Assembly: GCA_040220235.1 (NCBI GenBank)
Contig: JAVJTO010000070.1
Length of the DNA stretch: 64,000 nt
Source of the DNA: Coleofasciculus sp. B1-GNL1-01
GTDB taxonomy: Bacteria > Cyanobacteriota > Cyanobacteriia > Cyanobacteriales > Coleofasciculaceae
Strand: one strand, 5' to 3'
Notes under the pieces: generated by a model
Databases searched by the model: none
What the model saw: the letters and a program-made list of their open reading frames with translations, nothing else
Told to the model about the DNA's origin: nothing
Shown: positions 42,583-53,394 of the stretch, piece by piece
Numbering within the stretch: the stretch's first letter is position 1
How the letters are laid out: each line of letters opens with the position of its first letter
Made by a program: the position numbers and the translations under genes

Positions 42583-43938
42583 TTAACAAGGGGCTAAGGT
42601 TAACGCTTCACCCGTGAGACTGAACGCCCGAACTTCGGTAATTTTCACCTTAACTAACTGTCCTTTTAATTGATTAATATCCCCGCTAAAGAAGGTCAAC
42701 CGATTTCCTCGCGTGCGCCCCATCACTTGGCTGGAATCCTTGGGATTTTGATCTTCGACAAGAACTTCTTCAATTCGCCCGAAATATCGTTGCGATCGCG
42801 CGGCGGCTTTTATACTAACTAAATGGTTGAGTCGTTGTAGGCGATCGCTCTTAACTTCCTCACTCAGTTGATTCTCCCATAAGGCGGCGGGTGTACCGGG
42901 GCGAGGCGAGTAAGCGGCGGTGTTTAATTGGTCAAATTCAATATCTTCCACCAGTTTTAACGTATTCTCAAACTGTGCCTCGGTTTCCCCCGGAAAGCCG
43001 ACAATTGCATCCGCACTAATCGACGCATCGGGCATATAATCGCGAATCGTATTAATAATTCGGCGATATTTTTCCTGGGTATATCCCCGCGCCATGGCTT
43101 TGAGGATGTCGTTATCCCCGGATTGGAAGGGAATATGGAAATGTTCGCAAACCTTGGGCAATTCCTTGCAAGCGCGAATGAGTCGTTCCGTGAAATAGCG
43201 GGGGTGACTCGTGGCAAACCGAATCCGTTCAACTCCGGGGACATCGTGAACATAATAGAGTAAATCTGTCAAGGTGTGCTGATGTCGTCCCGATTCAGTC
43301 ACGCCGGGTAAATCTCGCCCGTAAGCATCAATATTTTGTCCCAGTAGGGTGATTTCTTTATACCCTTGCTGTCCTAATTCCGCCATTTCTGCCCGAATCG
43401 CCTCTGGGGTGCGGGATTGTTCCACGCCGCGCACATTGGGGACAACGCAGTAGGTGCAGCGTTCGTTACAGCCGTAAATCACATTCACCCAAGCGGTAAC
43501 GGTGCTATCGCGGCGGGGTTTGGTAATGTCTTCAACGATATGGATGGGTTCAGTGGCGACAACTTGGTTTCCGTCGGAGACTTGTTCGAGTAAGTCTTTT
43601 AGGCGGTTAGCGTGTTGAGGTCCCATGACTAAATCCAATTCGGGGACACGCCGCAGCAGTGATTCTCCTTCCTGTTGAGCGACACATCCGGCAACAATTA
43701 AGGTAAGGTCAGGTTGTTCTTGTTTCCGCTTTGCTTGTCTACCCAGGTAGGAATAGACTTTTTGTTCGGCGTTATCGCGAATCGTGCAGGTATTGTAGAG
43801 GATCAGGCTGGCGTCGTTGGGGTCTTCTGACCACTCAAATCCCATATCTTCTAAGATACCAGCCATGCGTTCCGAGTCGGCTTTGTTCATCTGGCAGCCG
43901 AAGGTGGTGATATGGTAGCGACGGGGAGAGGTGGTCAT
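42583..43938 (-). CDS. miaB: tRNA-i6A37 methylthiotransferase
   Basis: TFGCQMN, radical-[11 protein letters not shown] and a TRAM domain. Confidence 0.97.
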   Translation of the reverse strand: MTTSPRRYHITTFGCQMNKADSERMAGILEDMGFEWSEDPNDASLILYNTCTIRDNAEQKVYSYLGRQAKRKQEQPDLTLIVAGCVAQQEGESLLRRVPELDLVMGPQHANRLKDLLEQVSDGNQVVATEPIHIVEDITKPRRDSTVTAWVNVIYGCNERCTYCVVPNVRGVEQSRTPEAIRAEMAELGQQGYKEITLLGQNIDAYGRDLPGVTESGRHQHTLTDLLYYVHDVPGVERIRFATSHPRYFTERLIRACKELPKVCEHFHIPFQSGDNDILKAMARGYTQEKYRRIINTIRDYMPDASISADAIVGFPGETEAQFENTLKLVEDIEFDQLNTAAYSPRPGTPAALWENQLSEEVKSDRLQRLNHLVSIKAAARSQRYFGRIEEVLVEDQNPKDSSQVMGRTRGNRLTFFSGDINQLKGQLVKVKITEVRAFSLTGEALTLAPC

Positions 43939-44076
43939 GTTAAGTAGCAGGGTTTTGAGATAACGTTAGATTTTCATTATAGGTTTTGGTTGTTGAACAA
44001 GCTGATGTTGAATCGAATCAGACTGGAATCGAGTAAGCTGTAGGTGTAAATTCTGGCAATTTGGGGACGTGCAATT

Positions 44077-44292
44077 ATGTCACTAGCTGAGGTGCTTCCT
44101 GCTGCACGACAACTCACCGCAACGGAAAAGCTCAAACTGATCCGAATTCTGGCTGAGGATTTGGAGATGGCTAAGGATATTTTACCGTTGGAACCCTTTA
44201 AAATCTATGACTTGCCCACCCCTTATGATTGTTTTGGGGCAGGTGCAGTTTTAATGGAAGCCTTCAAACCCTCCGATGCAAGTCAGCAGTGA
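44077..44292 (+). CDS. Small hypothetical protein (antitoxin-like partner)
   Basis: LTATEKLKLIRILAEDL; lies 3 bp upstream of the protease gene. Confidence 0.65.
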   Translation: MSLAEVLPAARQLTATEKLKLIRILAEDLEMAKDILPLEPFKIYDLPTPYDCFGAGAVLMEAFKPSDASQQ

Positions 44293-44295
44293 TAT

Positions 44296-44703
44296 ATGCG
44301 GTTTAAATATTCAACCACTAGCCCAAATCAAAATGAGTTTGACAGCCTGCCGAGACTTCCGCTAATTCTACATCAGGAAGACCAGAGAATTGAAGCAATT
44401 GGGCTAGTGGATAGCGGTGCTACAGTTAATGTTTTACCTTTTGAACTCGGTCTTCAATTAGGGGGAATTTGGGACGATCGCAGCGCTATTATTCAGTTAG
44501 CGGGTAATCTTAGCAATCAGCCAGCAATGCCCTTTTCTGCGATCGCCAAAATCGGAGACTTTCCCCAGACAAAATTGCTGTTTGCATGGGTGCAGCGTCC
44601 AAACACACCATTGATTTTGGGTCAGACCAACTTTTTTATTGAATTCGATGTTTGCTTCTACCGTTCTAAATTAGAATTTGAAGTCAAGCCAAAATCTCCT
44701 TAG
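44296..44703 (+). CDS. Retropepsin-like (clan AA) aspartyl protease
   Basis: GLVDSGATVNVLP and LILGQ.NFF. Confidence 0.8.
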   Translation: MRFKYSTTSPNQNEFDSLPRLPLILHQEDQRIEAIGLVDSGATVNVLPFELGLQLGGIWDDRSAIIQLAGNLSNQPAMPFSAIAKIGDFPQTKLLFAWVQRPNTPLILGQTNFFIEFDVCFYRSKLEFEVKPKSP

Positions 44704-44997
44704 CCAGCCAGCTAACTCTACCATTGCACACCAAATTTTCTCATAAATTATCGTGCCAAAAAGCAAGAGAGTAATTCATCTGAATCTTAGTTTTCACGGT
44801 ATGGCTCTTGCTCCCCTCTCCCCGGCGTGGGAGAGGGGCTGGGGGTGAGGGGTTGAGCTTAAGTTGATACGGATGGTTTCACAACTATCTTTTCGGTTGC
44901 ACCCAGATGTAACTAAACCCGCCCTGACTCAGGTGTCTAAACTTGCCATGAAACGTTCGCATCTGAAGGAGTAAGCGGGTTGGTGAGTCTTTAGATT

Positions 44998-45102
44998 GTG
45001 GCTGGCGAGTCTCTATACGTGGCTAGCGAGTCTTTATGTGTGGCTAGCGAGTTTTTATGTGTGGCTGACGAGTCTCTATGTGTGGCTGACGAGTCTTTGA
45101 GC
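44998..45102. repeat. 21-bp tandem repeat, 5 units
   Basis: GTGGCT(GG/AG/GA)CGAGTCTYTATGT-like units at 44998, 45019, 45040, 45061 and 45082. Confidence 0.85.
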
Positions 45103-45233
45103 CTGGAACAAGCCCTGGCGAACCGCCTAAACGACTCAATCAACATAATCCGTCTATCCTAACGGGTGAAATGGCAAGAAATAGGAAAGGAACTTCACCT
45201 TCAGCGTGAATCGAGATACAATCGGAACTTGGA

Positions 45234-47348
45234 TTATCCGTTGTCGGGAACCCGCAACATCCGTTCTTCAATCGCTGCCCAGGTTTTGGGCGATACCCGC
45301 ACAGCTGATTTTTTGCACTGAATTATTAGGTAATTTACGTAAAAATAATTGTGAAATGCGCTTGTTTCTTTTACAGATAATTGGATAATATGTTTTTTTA
45401 AATTAAATGCTTTTAACCAAATCTGCAAGAGTTTATTCGCAAATTCCTTGTGTACTTTATATGGTTGATTGCTGTCTGGTAATTTAGTTTTAAGAGATTC
45501 TATTCTTGCAATCATTAAAGTGAAATCTATATTCTTGAATATTTTTATTTTTTCTAAATCGCGGGTGAGATTTTTGGCAATCTTCAGACTAACAGCACGA
45601 TCTCTGACATAACTAAGGTTGAGGGTAGATACGAAATCATCAGCATTAGCCAAATTTCTGGAAAAGCCAAGAGTCCGGGCTATCGCTCTGGCGTAGATAT
45701 TAAGATGAAGGTAGTTAGCATAATCAAGGGTGATAGCATTGGCAAGAGTATTCGCAATAACGTAGGCGATCGCACGTTTTGCTACAGGCTTCATATTGCT
45801 TTCAGAATCAGCCGTTATCCAATCTGCCCAACGTAATAAAGCTTGTAACCGGGGAGTATTAATATAGGTTTGCGCTTCTTTTTCCATCAACAAGAGTAAC
45901 TCATCTGCCCCACCCCGCATTAATCCAGAAACCAACAAGAACACCTCTCGCCAGCGCTGATCAGTAAGATGTTCCTTGACTAACTTTTCAATTTGGCGAT
46001 GATCATCAATATATTGCGCCGTCAAATATTCCTGAAGCGTCAAATGAGAAAACGAGTAAACCCCTTCTGCCCGTTGGACTAATACCCCATGTTGTTTTTC
46101 AATTGACCTTAAAACCGCTTCTCCATCAATAAACGTTTCATCCGGGAGCATTTCTGCCAAGAGTTCCTCAATCTGATCCGTAATTTCCCGTCTAGGTAAA
46201 AATAAATGATCTGCCTGAAACGCATCATGGGCAATTTCAGACAGGATCATCTCCTTGCGTTTCGTATCTAATCCTTTATAAACGTCATCTTTAAACACAC
46301 CTTTTTCTGCTGCCCATTCTTCCAGCAAGACACGCAATGCTCGTTCATACAGCGTAGCGCGGTTGGTGGGAAATTTCCGCGATCGCTGATAGAGCAAACA
46401 GACTAATGTCAGCAACAATGGTGTCTGGGTGAGTTCCTTTGCCGCTTTATTGTCTTGATGATTCAGCTTTTGCCAACATTCTTGACCAGTTTGTGGTTCA
46501 CGCCCAAACCAATTGCTAATAAATTTTTCAATCTGATCATCATCAAACTCTGCCATTGCTACATCGGTAAAGCGGCGGAAGTTGTTGCGATAAGCGGCAA
46601 CCCGACAGGAGGCAATAAAGCGATTCTTATCATGTAAATCGACAAAGTTCTGAATATGCTGAATTACTTGATTCATCCGCTCCGTTGGCACTTCATCCAA
46701 TCCATCCAACAAAATCAGCAGTTTCCCTTGTTCCAAGGCTTTAGCAGTAAATGCCGGGTACGAGGGAAAGCCACAGATGCGGAATTCTTCAGCAATTTTA
46801 TGTTCGATATCAATATCACCCTGGTTAAATGTCTTAAGTTCAATCAATACCGGAATACAAGCGTGTTTAAATTTTCCCTTCTTTCCCTTCAGCGCTTCCA
46901 ATCCCATCCGCCGCAAGAAGGTAGACTTTCCTGAACCGGGACTTCCTAACACCATCAAATACTGCTTTTGATTGGCGACAGTAATTCCGGGTTGCTTGGG
47001 GCAATCTTTAGACTGAAAACTCCGCTGTTTTGCTTCCCGATAGACAGTTTCTAGGGTTTCAACGGATTCAAAACTCCGAATCGCAGCGTCATTCAAAAAT
47101 TGCACCGTTGTATAGACGGATTCCAAAGAAACAGGTTCTCGCATTCCTAAGACTTTCAGAATGCCATGACGTTCTGTATAATTCTGTGCATATTGTCGAG
47201 AGGCTTTAAAAATCGCTCGTTTAGCTTTTTCATCCAGAGTTTTGCCAAATAATCCCAGAACTTTACCACCTTGTCCCCAGAGGGTTTGGAAAACGGGAAC
47301 GGCGATGCCGCTAATCGCTTGAGCGATGAGAGCTTCAGATCCAGTCAT
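45234..47348 (-). CDS. NACHT (STAND) NTPase
   Basis: GSPGSGKS, LLDGLDEV, TPLLL, FSHLTLQEY and WREVFLL. Confidence 0.92.
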   Translation of the reverse strand: MTGSEALIAQAISGIAVPVFQTLWGQGGKVLGLFGKTLDEKAKRAIFKASRQYAQNYTERHGILKVLGMREPVSLESVYTTVQFLNDAAIRSFESVETLETVYREAKQRSFQSKDCPKQPGITVANQKQYLMVLGSPGSGKSTFLRRMGLEALKGKKGKFKHACIPVLIELKTFNQGDIDIEHKIAEEFRICGFPSYPAFTAKALEQGKLLILLDGLDEVPTERMNQVIQHIQNFVDLHDKNRFIASCRVAAYRNNFRRFTDVAMAEFDDDQIEKFISNWFGREPQTGQECWQKLNHQDNKAAKELTQTPLLLTLVCLLYQRSRKFPTNRATLYERALRVLLEEWAAEKGVFKDDVYKGLDTKRKEMILSEIAHDAFQADHLFLPRREITDQIEELLAEMLPDETFIDGEAVLRSIEKQHGVLVQRAEGVYSFSHLTLQEYLTAQYIDDHRQIEKLVKEHLTDQRWREVFLLVSGLMRGGADELLLLMEKEAQTYINTPRLQALLRWADWITADSESNMKPVAKRAIAYVIANTLANAITLDYANYLHLNIYARAIARTLGFSRNLANADDFVSTLNLSYVRDRAVSLKIAKNLTRDLEKIKIFKNIDFTLMIARIESLKTKLPDSNQPYKVHKEFANKLLQIWLKAFNLKKHIIQLSVKETSAFHNYFYVNYLIIQCKKSAVRVSPKTWAAIEERMLRVPDNG

Positions 47349-47536
47349 GGCGGTAAGAATGCGATGGTAGGGGAATTATTAACCAGATTAACGACTATTC
47401 TAGACGAATTGCCACTTTAGTTTTCAGACGCTTCAAAAGCAAGACGTTCCACCGGAACGTCTCTACATGGCTCCCCTCTCCCAAGCTTGGGAGAGGGGCT
47501 GGGGGTGAGGGCTGGCTTGGGTGAAAGCTAAAATCC

Positions 47537-47770
47537 CTACAGTTTTGGCTTAACCACTAGCGCGGCTATCAACGCAGGTGTACCGCCAATTAACCCGATA
47601 ATCAACCAACGACGAAAATCAAACCCCTTGCGTCGAGCCAGGAGCGCCGCGATAATACCAATGATGCAGTGAAGCGTTAACAGAAGATAGGGATTAGGTT
47701 GTAGCGGTAAATTAGATAGCAAAGCAACTCCTTGGAATCGATGCGACGGATATCCAGTTGTTATCAACAA
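47537..47770 (-). CDS. Small two-TM hypothetical protein; start uncertain
   Basis: HCIIGIIAALLARRKG...WLIIGLIGGT. Confidence 0.6.
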   Translation of the reverse strand: MLITTGYPSHRFQGVALLSNLPLQPNPYLLLTLHCIIGIIAALLARRKGFDFRRWLIIGLIGGTPALIAALVVKPKL

Positions 47771-47858
47771 TAGCCTATTTTGTCACAAAGGCTTTCACTC
47801 GAAAAGGCAGAAGAAAAAACACCTTTTTTACGCTTCACTTTGTTTAAGGGTATACTTT

Positions 47859-48407
47859 TTACATTTTACTCTGCTCTCCTGGATTCCGTTCATTTGACCG
47901 GGCAAAAAAGTCAACCATAATCGATTGTTTGTCTTGAACCTCTAGTAAAATTACTGAATAGGCGATTAATTCGTCAATCGCCAAACAAATTACTCCTACT
48001 AATACCAGAAACATTCCGGTGATAAACAAAAAAATGGGGACTCGTTCCAGGAGAGTGATCCCCATGAAAAAATGCAGGGCAATAGCAAATGAGGTCAGCA
48101 CAAAAAAAACTACTGCTAATGTATCGCAAAGGGTTGAATTCCGAACATACCAGGCGCGGCGCAACAGATTATTCAGTTGATGTTCTAAGCTTAAAAAGCG
48201 AATATCTTCTCCCGAATCGAACTGTCCTTGATGCATTAATTCTCGCGAAAGGATTCTTCTCTCGTTGTTCAATAACCGGATACGATTTAATAAAGAAGAC
48301 TGTCTCGCATTTAATCCCAAAAAAAATAATCCACTGGAGGAAATCATCACGGCTGGTGCAAGAATAGCTTGAATGACTTGAGTGACAGTGAGAGACATTT
48401 GATCCAT
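47859..48407 (-). CDS. DUF2721 membrane protein
   Basis: IQAILAPAVMISS...RIR...L.RRA, three TM segments. Confidence 0.8.
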   Translation of the reverse strand: MDQMSLTVTQVIQAILAPAVMISSSGLFFLGLNARQSSLLNRIRLLNNERRILSRELMHQGQFDSGEDIRFLSLEHQLNNLLRRAWYVRNSTLCDTLAVVFFVLTSFAIALHFFMGITLLERVPIFLFITGMFLVLVGVICLAIDELIAYSVILLEVQDKQSIMVDFFARSNERNPGEQSKM

Positions 48408-48445
48408 GATTTTCCTGGGTGCTACCTAGCTAAATCTTGAGCAGT

Positions 48446-49865
48446 TTGACATCCTCCCCACCTTACTTCGTTGAAGGTAGGGATTCCCATCATCACTGAC
48501 GGGGTTTCCTGGCTCTACGAGCAACCTTACTTTTTTGGGTTTCCCCATCCAAGCAGAGGGTCATCTCATCCCCAGGCGTAACTTTCCGAGTGCCCCTCGG
48601 TAGTTGGGCTAGCCCTTGCAATGCTTTCATCAAAATGTTGATGGCAGCATTTACGTCTCGACAGTCAACATACCCACAATGAGGACATTTATGGGTGCGA
48701 GTGGATAAGGCTTTCTTCACTTCTTGCCCGCAATTAGAACAGTCCTGGGACGTGTAATCAGGTGCAACGGCAATTACTGGCACATCAAACACTTTCCCAA
48801 AATACTCCAACCACTGCCTAAACAATGTCCAGCTAGCATCAGATATTGATTTGGCTAAATGATGGTTTTTGACCATGTTTCGCACTTTTAGGTCTTCAAT
48901 AGCTACCAAGTCTGCCGACTGGACAAGCGCCCTTGCAGTCTTTACCGCAAAGTCTTTACGCCGCCTTGACACCTTGAGATGCGTTCTACCCAACTTCTGG
49001 ATGGCTTTGATGCGATTTTTGGCACCCTTAGCTCTACGGGAAACACGTTTTTGCGCCTTTTTCAAGGCTTTCTCCGCCTTCCTCAAAAACCTAGGGTTTT
49101 CAATCTTGTTGCCATCAGAGTCAGTGTAAAAGTGGTTTAAACCGACATCTATCCCTACCATCCTATTAGTGGGTTCATGGCGTTCTTTTCGCTCCTGGTT
49201 GATGGAAAACTGAACGTAGTATCCATCCGCCCTACGAACAACACGGACTCGCTTAATCTGCTCTTTTTGGTAAAAGTGCACGTCACGAGTTCCCCACATC
49301 TTGAACGTTCCAGCTTTGAAACCATCCCTGAATGTAATGGTTAATCGGTCATCCGATAATACCCATCCATCAACTTTGTACTCGACTGAGCAATGAGTTT
49401 GATGTTTTTTGAATTTGGGAAAGCCTTTCTTGCCTGGAACTTTTTTCTTGCAGTTATCAAAGAACCTAGCGATGGCACTCCATGCTCTCTCGGCACTAGC
49501 TTGACAGGCTTGTGCCGAGAGCTTCTTACACCATTCAAATTGTTCTCTAAGGACTTTGCAATATTTGTTGAGGTCGTACTTGTTGACCCCTCTATTGTCC
49601 ATCCAGTACCGAAGGCAGCTATTTTGAACAAAACGAGCAGTACGGATCATCTCGTTTAAGATGACGTACTGCTCGTCTGTTCCTCGTAATTTTGCCTCGA
49701 ATACTAGCATGGTTAACTCAATTCTATGTCGAATATATTAGTATAGAGTATTAGATAGTGCAAAAAGCAGGCATAATTGAATACCTGCTTTTTGCTTGGG
49801 GGAGTGAAGGCATCCCCACCCTACTCCACTTCGTTACGTTGAGGATGGGGTTCTATCGCTCCCCC
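48446..49865 (-). mobile_element. IS200/IS605-family solo-tnpB element; left end approximate
   Basis: Right end ...GGGGAGGATGTCAA at 48446; related subterminal hairpins at ~48455-48487 and ~49813-49853; no tnpA. Confidence 0.75.
48493..49710 (-). CDS. tnpB: RNA-guided endonuclease TnpB
   Basis: RuvC-I GIDVG, RuvC-II AIEDL, zinc finger CSNC/CPHC and RuvC-III RDVNAAIN are all intact. Confidence 0.95.
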   Translation of the reverse strand: MLVFEAKLRGTDEQYVILNEMIRTARFVQNSCLRYWMDNRGVNKYDLNKYCKVLREQFEWCKKLSAQACQASAERAWSAIARFFDNCKKKVPGKKGFPKFKKHQTHCSVEYKVDGWVLSDDRLTITFRDGFKAGTFKMWGTRDVHFYQKEQIKRVRVVRRADGYYVQFSINQERKERHEPTNRMVGIDVGLNHFYTDSDGNKIENPRFLRKAEKALKKAQKRVSRRAKGAKNRIKAIQKLGRTHLKVSRRRKDFAVKTARALVQSADLVAIEDLKVRNMVKNHHLAKSISDASWTLFRQWLEYFGKVFDVPVIAVAPDYTSQDCSNCGQEVKKALSTRTHKCPHCGYVDCRDVNAAINILMKALQGLAQLPRGTRKVTPGDEMTLCLDGETQKSKVARRARKPRQ

Positions 49866-49929
49866 AAACGCACCCTACAATTGGGCGACAATTGAACTGA
49901 ACGACAATTTGCTGGGTGGAAAAGGGTAT

Positions 49930-52836
49930 TTACTCTGCCATCGATTGCAAAGGTAACATCACCGTAAACGTTGTCCCTTTGCCAACTTCACTTTCAACTG
50001 TAATCAATCCACCATGCAAATCCACGCATTTCTTGACAATGGCTAATCCTAAACCCGTTCCCTGAATTGTGCCAACATTACCGGCGCGTTGAAACGACGA
50101 GAAGAGTTTTTTGATATCCTCTGGCGGAATACCAATCCCTTGATCTTGAATATGGAAAATCGCCGATTCTCCTTCGCAAGTTAACTCAACCTCCACCTCA
50201 CTCCCCTGGGAAGAATACTTAATCGCATTAGAAATTAAGTTGTTCAAGATATGCTGTAAAAGCTTCTCATCCATTTGAGCATCACCACAGTCGCCATGAC
50301 TGATAAAGTTAATCGAATGCTGTTGACTGATGCTCATTTCCAGCGTGTCTACAATTTCCCGGCAGAAGGCAATTAAATCCATTGAGGCTGGCTTAAACGT
50401 AAGTTTCCCCGCCTCAGCTTTCCCAATTGTCAGCACATCATCCAATAACTGCGTCATCCGACTAACCGCGATTTGAATGCGCTGATAATGAGCCTTTTTC
50501 TTCTCATCCGTTAACTTTTTACTGTAACGCTCTAAAAGTTCTGACGATGACAGAATTGCCGTCAGAGGGGTGCGGAATTCATGAGACACCAAGGAAACAA
50601 AGCTAGAGCGTAGTTCACTCAGTTCTCGTTCCTTTTCCAAGGATTTAATAATTTCTGCTTCTGCCTTTTTCAACGGTGTAATATCCCGTCCAACTCCCTG
50701 AAACTCGACAATATTCCCCTCATTATCGAACATCACTCGTTCGGTCCATTGTTGCCAGCGAATCTCATTGTCTGGCAAAATGACTTGGTGTTCGTAGGTG
50801 ACGATGGGCTGTTCAACGGAAAGGGTTTTAAATTGCTGGTTGACAAATTCCTGGTCAATTTCCGGAATCTGGGGTTTAAATCGATATCCGATTAATTCGG
50901 AGCGTTGTTTGTTGAAATAGCGACAGTAGGCATCATTGACAAAGGTGAATGTGCCATCGGCTTTAAACCGACAAATCAATTCAGTTTGATCTTCAACAAT
51001 GGCTCGATACCGTGCCTCACTTTGACGCAGGGCTTCCATGGCTCGTTTGCGTTCGGTGATATCCTCCACCATGGCTAAGGTATAGAGAACTTCCCCCTTT
51101 TGACCTCGCAAGGCGATGAGGGTTAAATTTACCCAGACTAAATCGTTATTCTTTTTGATATAACGTTTTTCCAGTTGAAAGCTGTCAATCTCCCCGCGAA
51201 TTAACTGCTGCATATAAGGAACTTCCATCGCCAACTCGTCGGGGTGGGTAATATCCTTAAAGCTGAGTGCCATGACTTCCGATTGACTGTACCCCAGCAT
51301 GGTATAAAATGATCGATTCACGCGAATGTAGCGATCATTTAAGTCTGCCAATGTCATGCCAATGGGTGCTTCATCAAATACCCGGCGAAACTGTTGTTCA
51401 CTATTGCGTAACTCGGCTTCGGTTTGCTGATGCTGAAGAATTTCCGCTTGTAGTTGCGCGTTTGCCTGCTGGAGTTCGTGAGTTCGTTCTTCAACTCGCT
51501 GTTCTAAATCCCCCATCGCCGTTTGCAGTTTTGCTTCTGCTTGCTTACGATCGCTAATATCCCGACCTTCGGCAATTAAGAGTTCGATTTCGCCGTTTTC
51601 CTTTCGCAGGGGTTTGAGGGAAAAGTCAATCGTGATCACGGACTGATCGGGGGCTAATATATCGGCTTCATAGCGAATGGTTTTCCCTGTCGCCGCTTCA
51701 GCAATCGCCGTTTGCAACTGCTGTTGAGTTTCGGCAGAAATTGTCCAACATTTTAATTGCCAGAAGGGATATCCGATTACTTGAGAACTATCTAGTTGAC
51801 AAAAGTCGGTAGCTGTCTGGTTATCAGCGACAACATTCCCCTCTAAGGTTAACAAGCTGGATAATTGGAAAGTTTGATTGAAAACCGCCCGAAATCGCCG
51901 TTCACTTTCTCGCAGTTGGGATTCGGCTTGCTGGCGACTCAAGGCGTTGGCAAAAATACCGCCAATGATTTGTAAGAGGGAGAGGTTATCGTCTGACCAA
52001 GTTTTTTCGGCGTTAACCGCAGAACACCCTAAATATCCGATTAGATGATTACCTTGGGCAATGGGAACGAGGGTGATAGATTTAGCCCCGGTTAATTCCA
52101 GCGCTTGTTTCAGGGAATTGGCTTCGGGGGGCAAATCGCTGCGGTGGGAAATTTGAATCGCTTCTAAGTTTCTCAGCTTTGCTATTCCCCAAGGGTAAGA
52201 GGCGGTAGGGAAATCTTGCCATTGAGGTTGGATGGAACTCACGCCCGGTGCATCCCATTCCTGAATGATACTGGCGGTAGCAGCATCTTCTGAGAATAAT
52301 GCCATATAAGTGCGATCGCACTCGCAAAATTCACCGATTTTTTCCAGGGTATGCTGAATCGCCTCATCAATGCCATCAGAGGACAAGTGGATGAATTGAT
52401 GGGATAGGCTAGTGATTAACTCCTCAAACTCGATGCGTTCTTTGAGCTTGGCTTCTGTGTGCTTGGTTTCGGTGATGTCTTTGCCAACACCATACAACCT
52501 ACCATCTTCCACCGGAATGAGTTTCCACGCCAGCCAGCGATAACTCCCGTCTTGGTGGCGAAGGCGATGTTCACACTCAACCGCCTCGGTTGAGTTAAAA
52601 TGGGCGATGGTGCTGTCGCGATCATCGGGATGAATCAGTTCCTGAGAAGTATGCGATCGCAACTCCTCCTCTGTCCAGCCCAAAACCTTTTCCCATGCCG
52701 GATTCAGCGGCTGCCAATATCCCTGTTTGTGCCATATTCCGAATAAATCATCTGATACGCTTAAAAATAAAGTTTGAGTGAATTCCTTGTTGGCTGGTTG
52801 ATCCATGGATTCACTAGGCGTTTGAAAACTATTCAT
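49930..52836 (-). CDS. PAS/GAF multi-sensor histidine kinase; alternative GTG start at 52893
   Basis: PAS-GAF-PAS-PAS-PAS, SHEFRTPL, NAIKYS, DQGIG and GTGLGL. Confidence 0.93.
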   Translation of the reverse strand: MNSFQTPSESMDQPANKEFTQTLFLSVSDDLFGIWHKQGYWQPLNPAWEKVLGWTEEELRSHTSQELIHPDDRDSTIAHFNSTEAVECEHRLRHQDGSYRWLAWKLIPVEDGRLYGVGKDITETKHTEAKLKERIEFEELITSLSHQFIHLSSDGIDEAIQHTLEKIGEFCECDRTYMALFSEDAATASIIQEWDAPGVSSIQPQWQDFPTASYPWGIAKLRNLEAIQISHRSDLPPEANSLKQALELTGAKSITLVPIAQGNHLIGYLGCSAVNAEKTWSDDNLSLLQIIGGIFANALSRQQAESQLRESERRFRAVFNQTFQLSSLLTLEGNVVADNQTATDFCQLDSSQVIGYPFWQLKCWTISAETQQQLQTAIAEAATGKTIRYEADILAPDQSVITIDFSLKPLRKENGEIELLIAEGRDISDRKQAEAKLQTAMGDLEQRVEERTHELQQANAQLQAEILQHQQTEAELRNSEQQFRRVFDEAPIGMTLADLNDRYIRVNRSFYTMLGYSQSEVMALSFKDITHPDELAMEVPYMQQLIRGEIDSFQLEKRYIKKNNDLVWVNLTLIALRGQKGEVLYTLAMVEDITERKRAMEALRQSEARYRAIVEDQTELICRFKADGTFTFVNDAYCRYFNKQRSELIGYRFKPQIPEIDQEFVNQQFKTLSVEQPIVTYEHQVILPDNEIRWQQWTERVMFDNEGNIVEFQGVGRDITPLKKAEAEIIKSLEKERELSELRSSFVSLVSHEFRTPLTAILSSSELLERYSKKLTDEKKKAHYQRIQIAVSRMTQLLDDVLTIGKAEAGKLTFKPASMDLIAFCREIVDTLEMSISQQHSINFISHGDCGDAQMDEKLLQHILNNLISNAIKYSSQGSEVEVELTCEGESAIFHIQDQGIGIPPEDIKKLFSSFQRAGNVGTIQGTGLGLAIVKKCVDLHGGLITVESEVGKGTTFTVMLPLQSMAE

Positions 52837-53394
52837 TTTAATTTGGGTTGTAATCCCTCTGGACGACGGCAAACGATAATGTATTAGATGCACCCCTCTT
52901 AATTTTTCAGTATAGTCACGTCATACAGAAGCTAAACATTGTACTACATCAACACCAGATATAGGGAGACTGCTCGGTAATGTAGAGACGCGCCATGGCG
53001 CGTCTGGAAGCAGGGGAAGCCCGGAAAAATTCCCCGTATTTCTTTAAAAAAGGTTTACATAAATTCATATATTTGCGTTTATACTAAACATTAAGACTGT
53101 CAAATTAACGCAAGCCTAGACCTTCAGGGCAAAATTTTCCCATCCGTTCACCAAAGCAGGGAGAGTAATCCCCAACTCAGACGTACCATGGCACGTCTCT
53201 ACATAACTTTTTCCGGGGAACCTTCTGCCATCTGCCATCTGCCATCTGCCATCTGCCATCTGCCTTGTCTCTACCCAAAACGGGAGAATTAACCCGAATT
53301 TAGTCCAAAAGGGGATCTACCAGCCAACGATAGGTTCGACGGATGCCAATCATCCGATTTGTTGACTATCCTCACCCCAAACTAGGAGTATTTC

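Noticed and set aside
44998..45102. Possible CRISPR array or iterons
   Set aside because: Contiguous 21-bp units without spacers, far from the Rep gene
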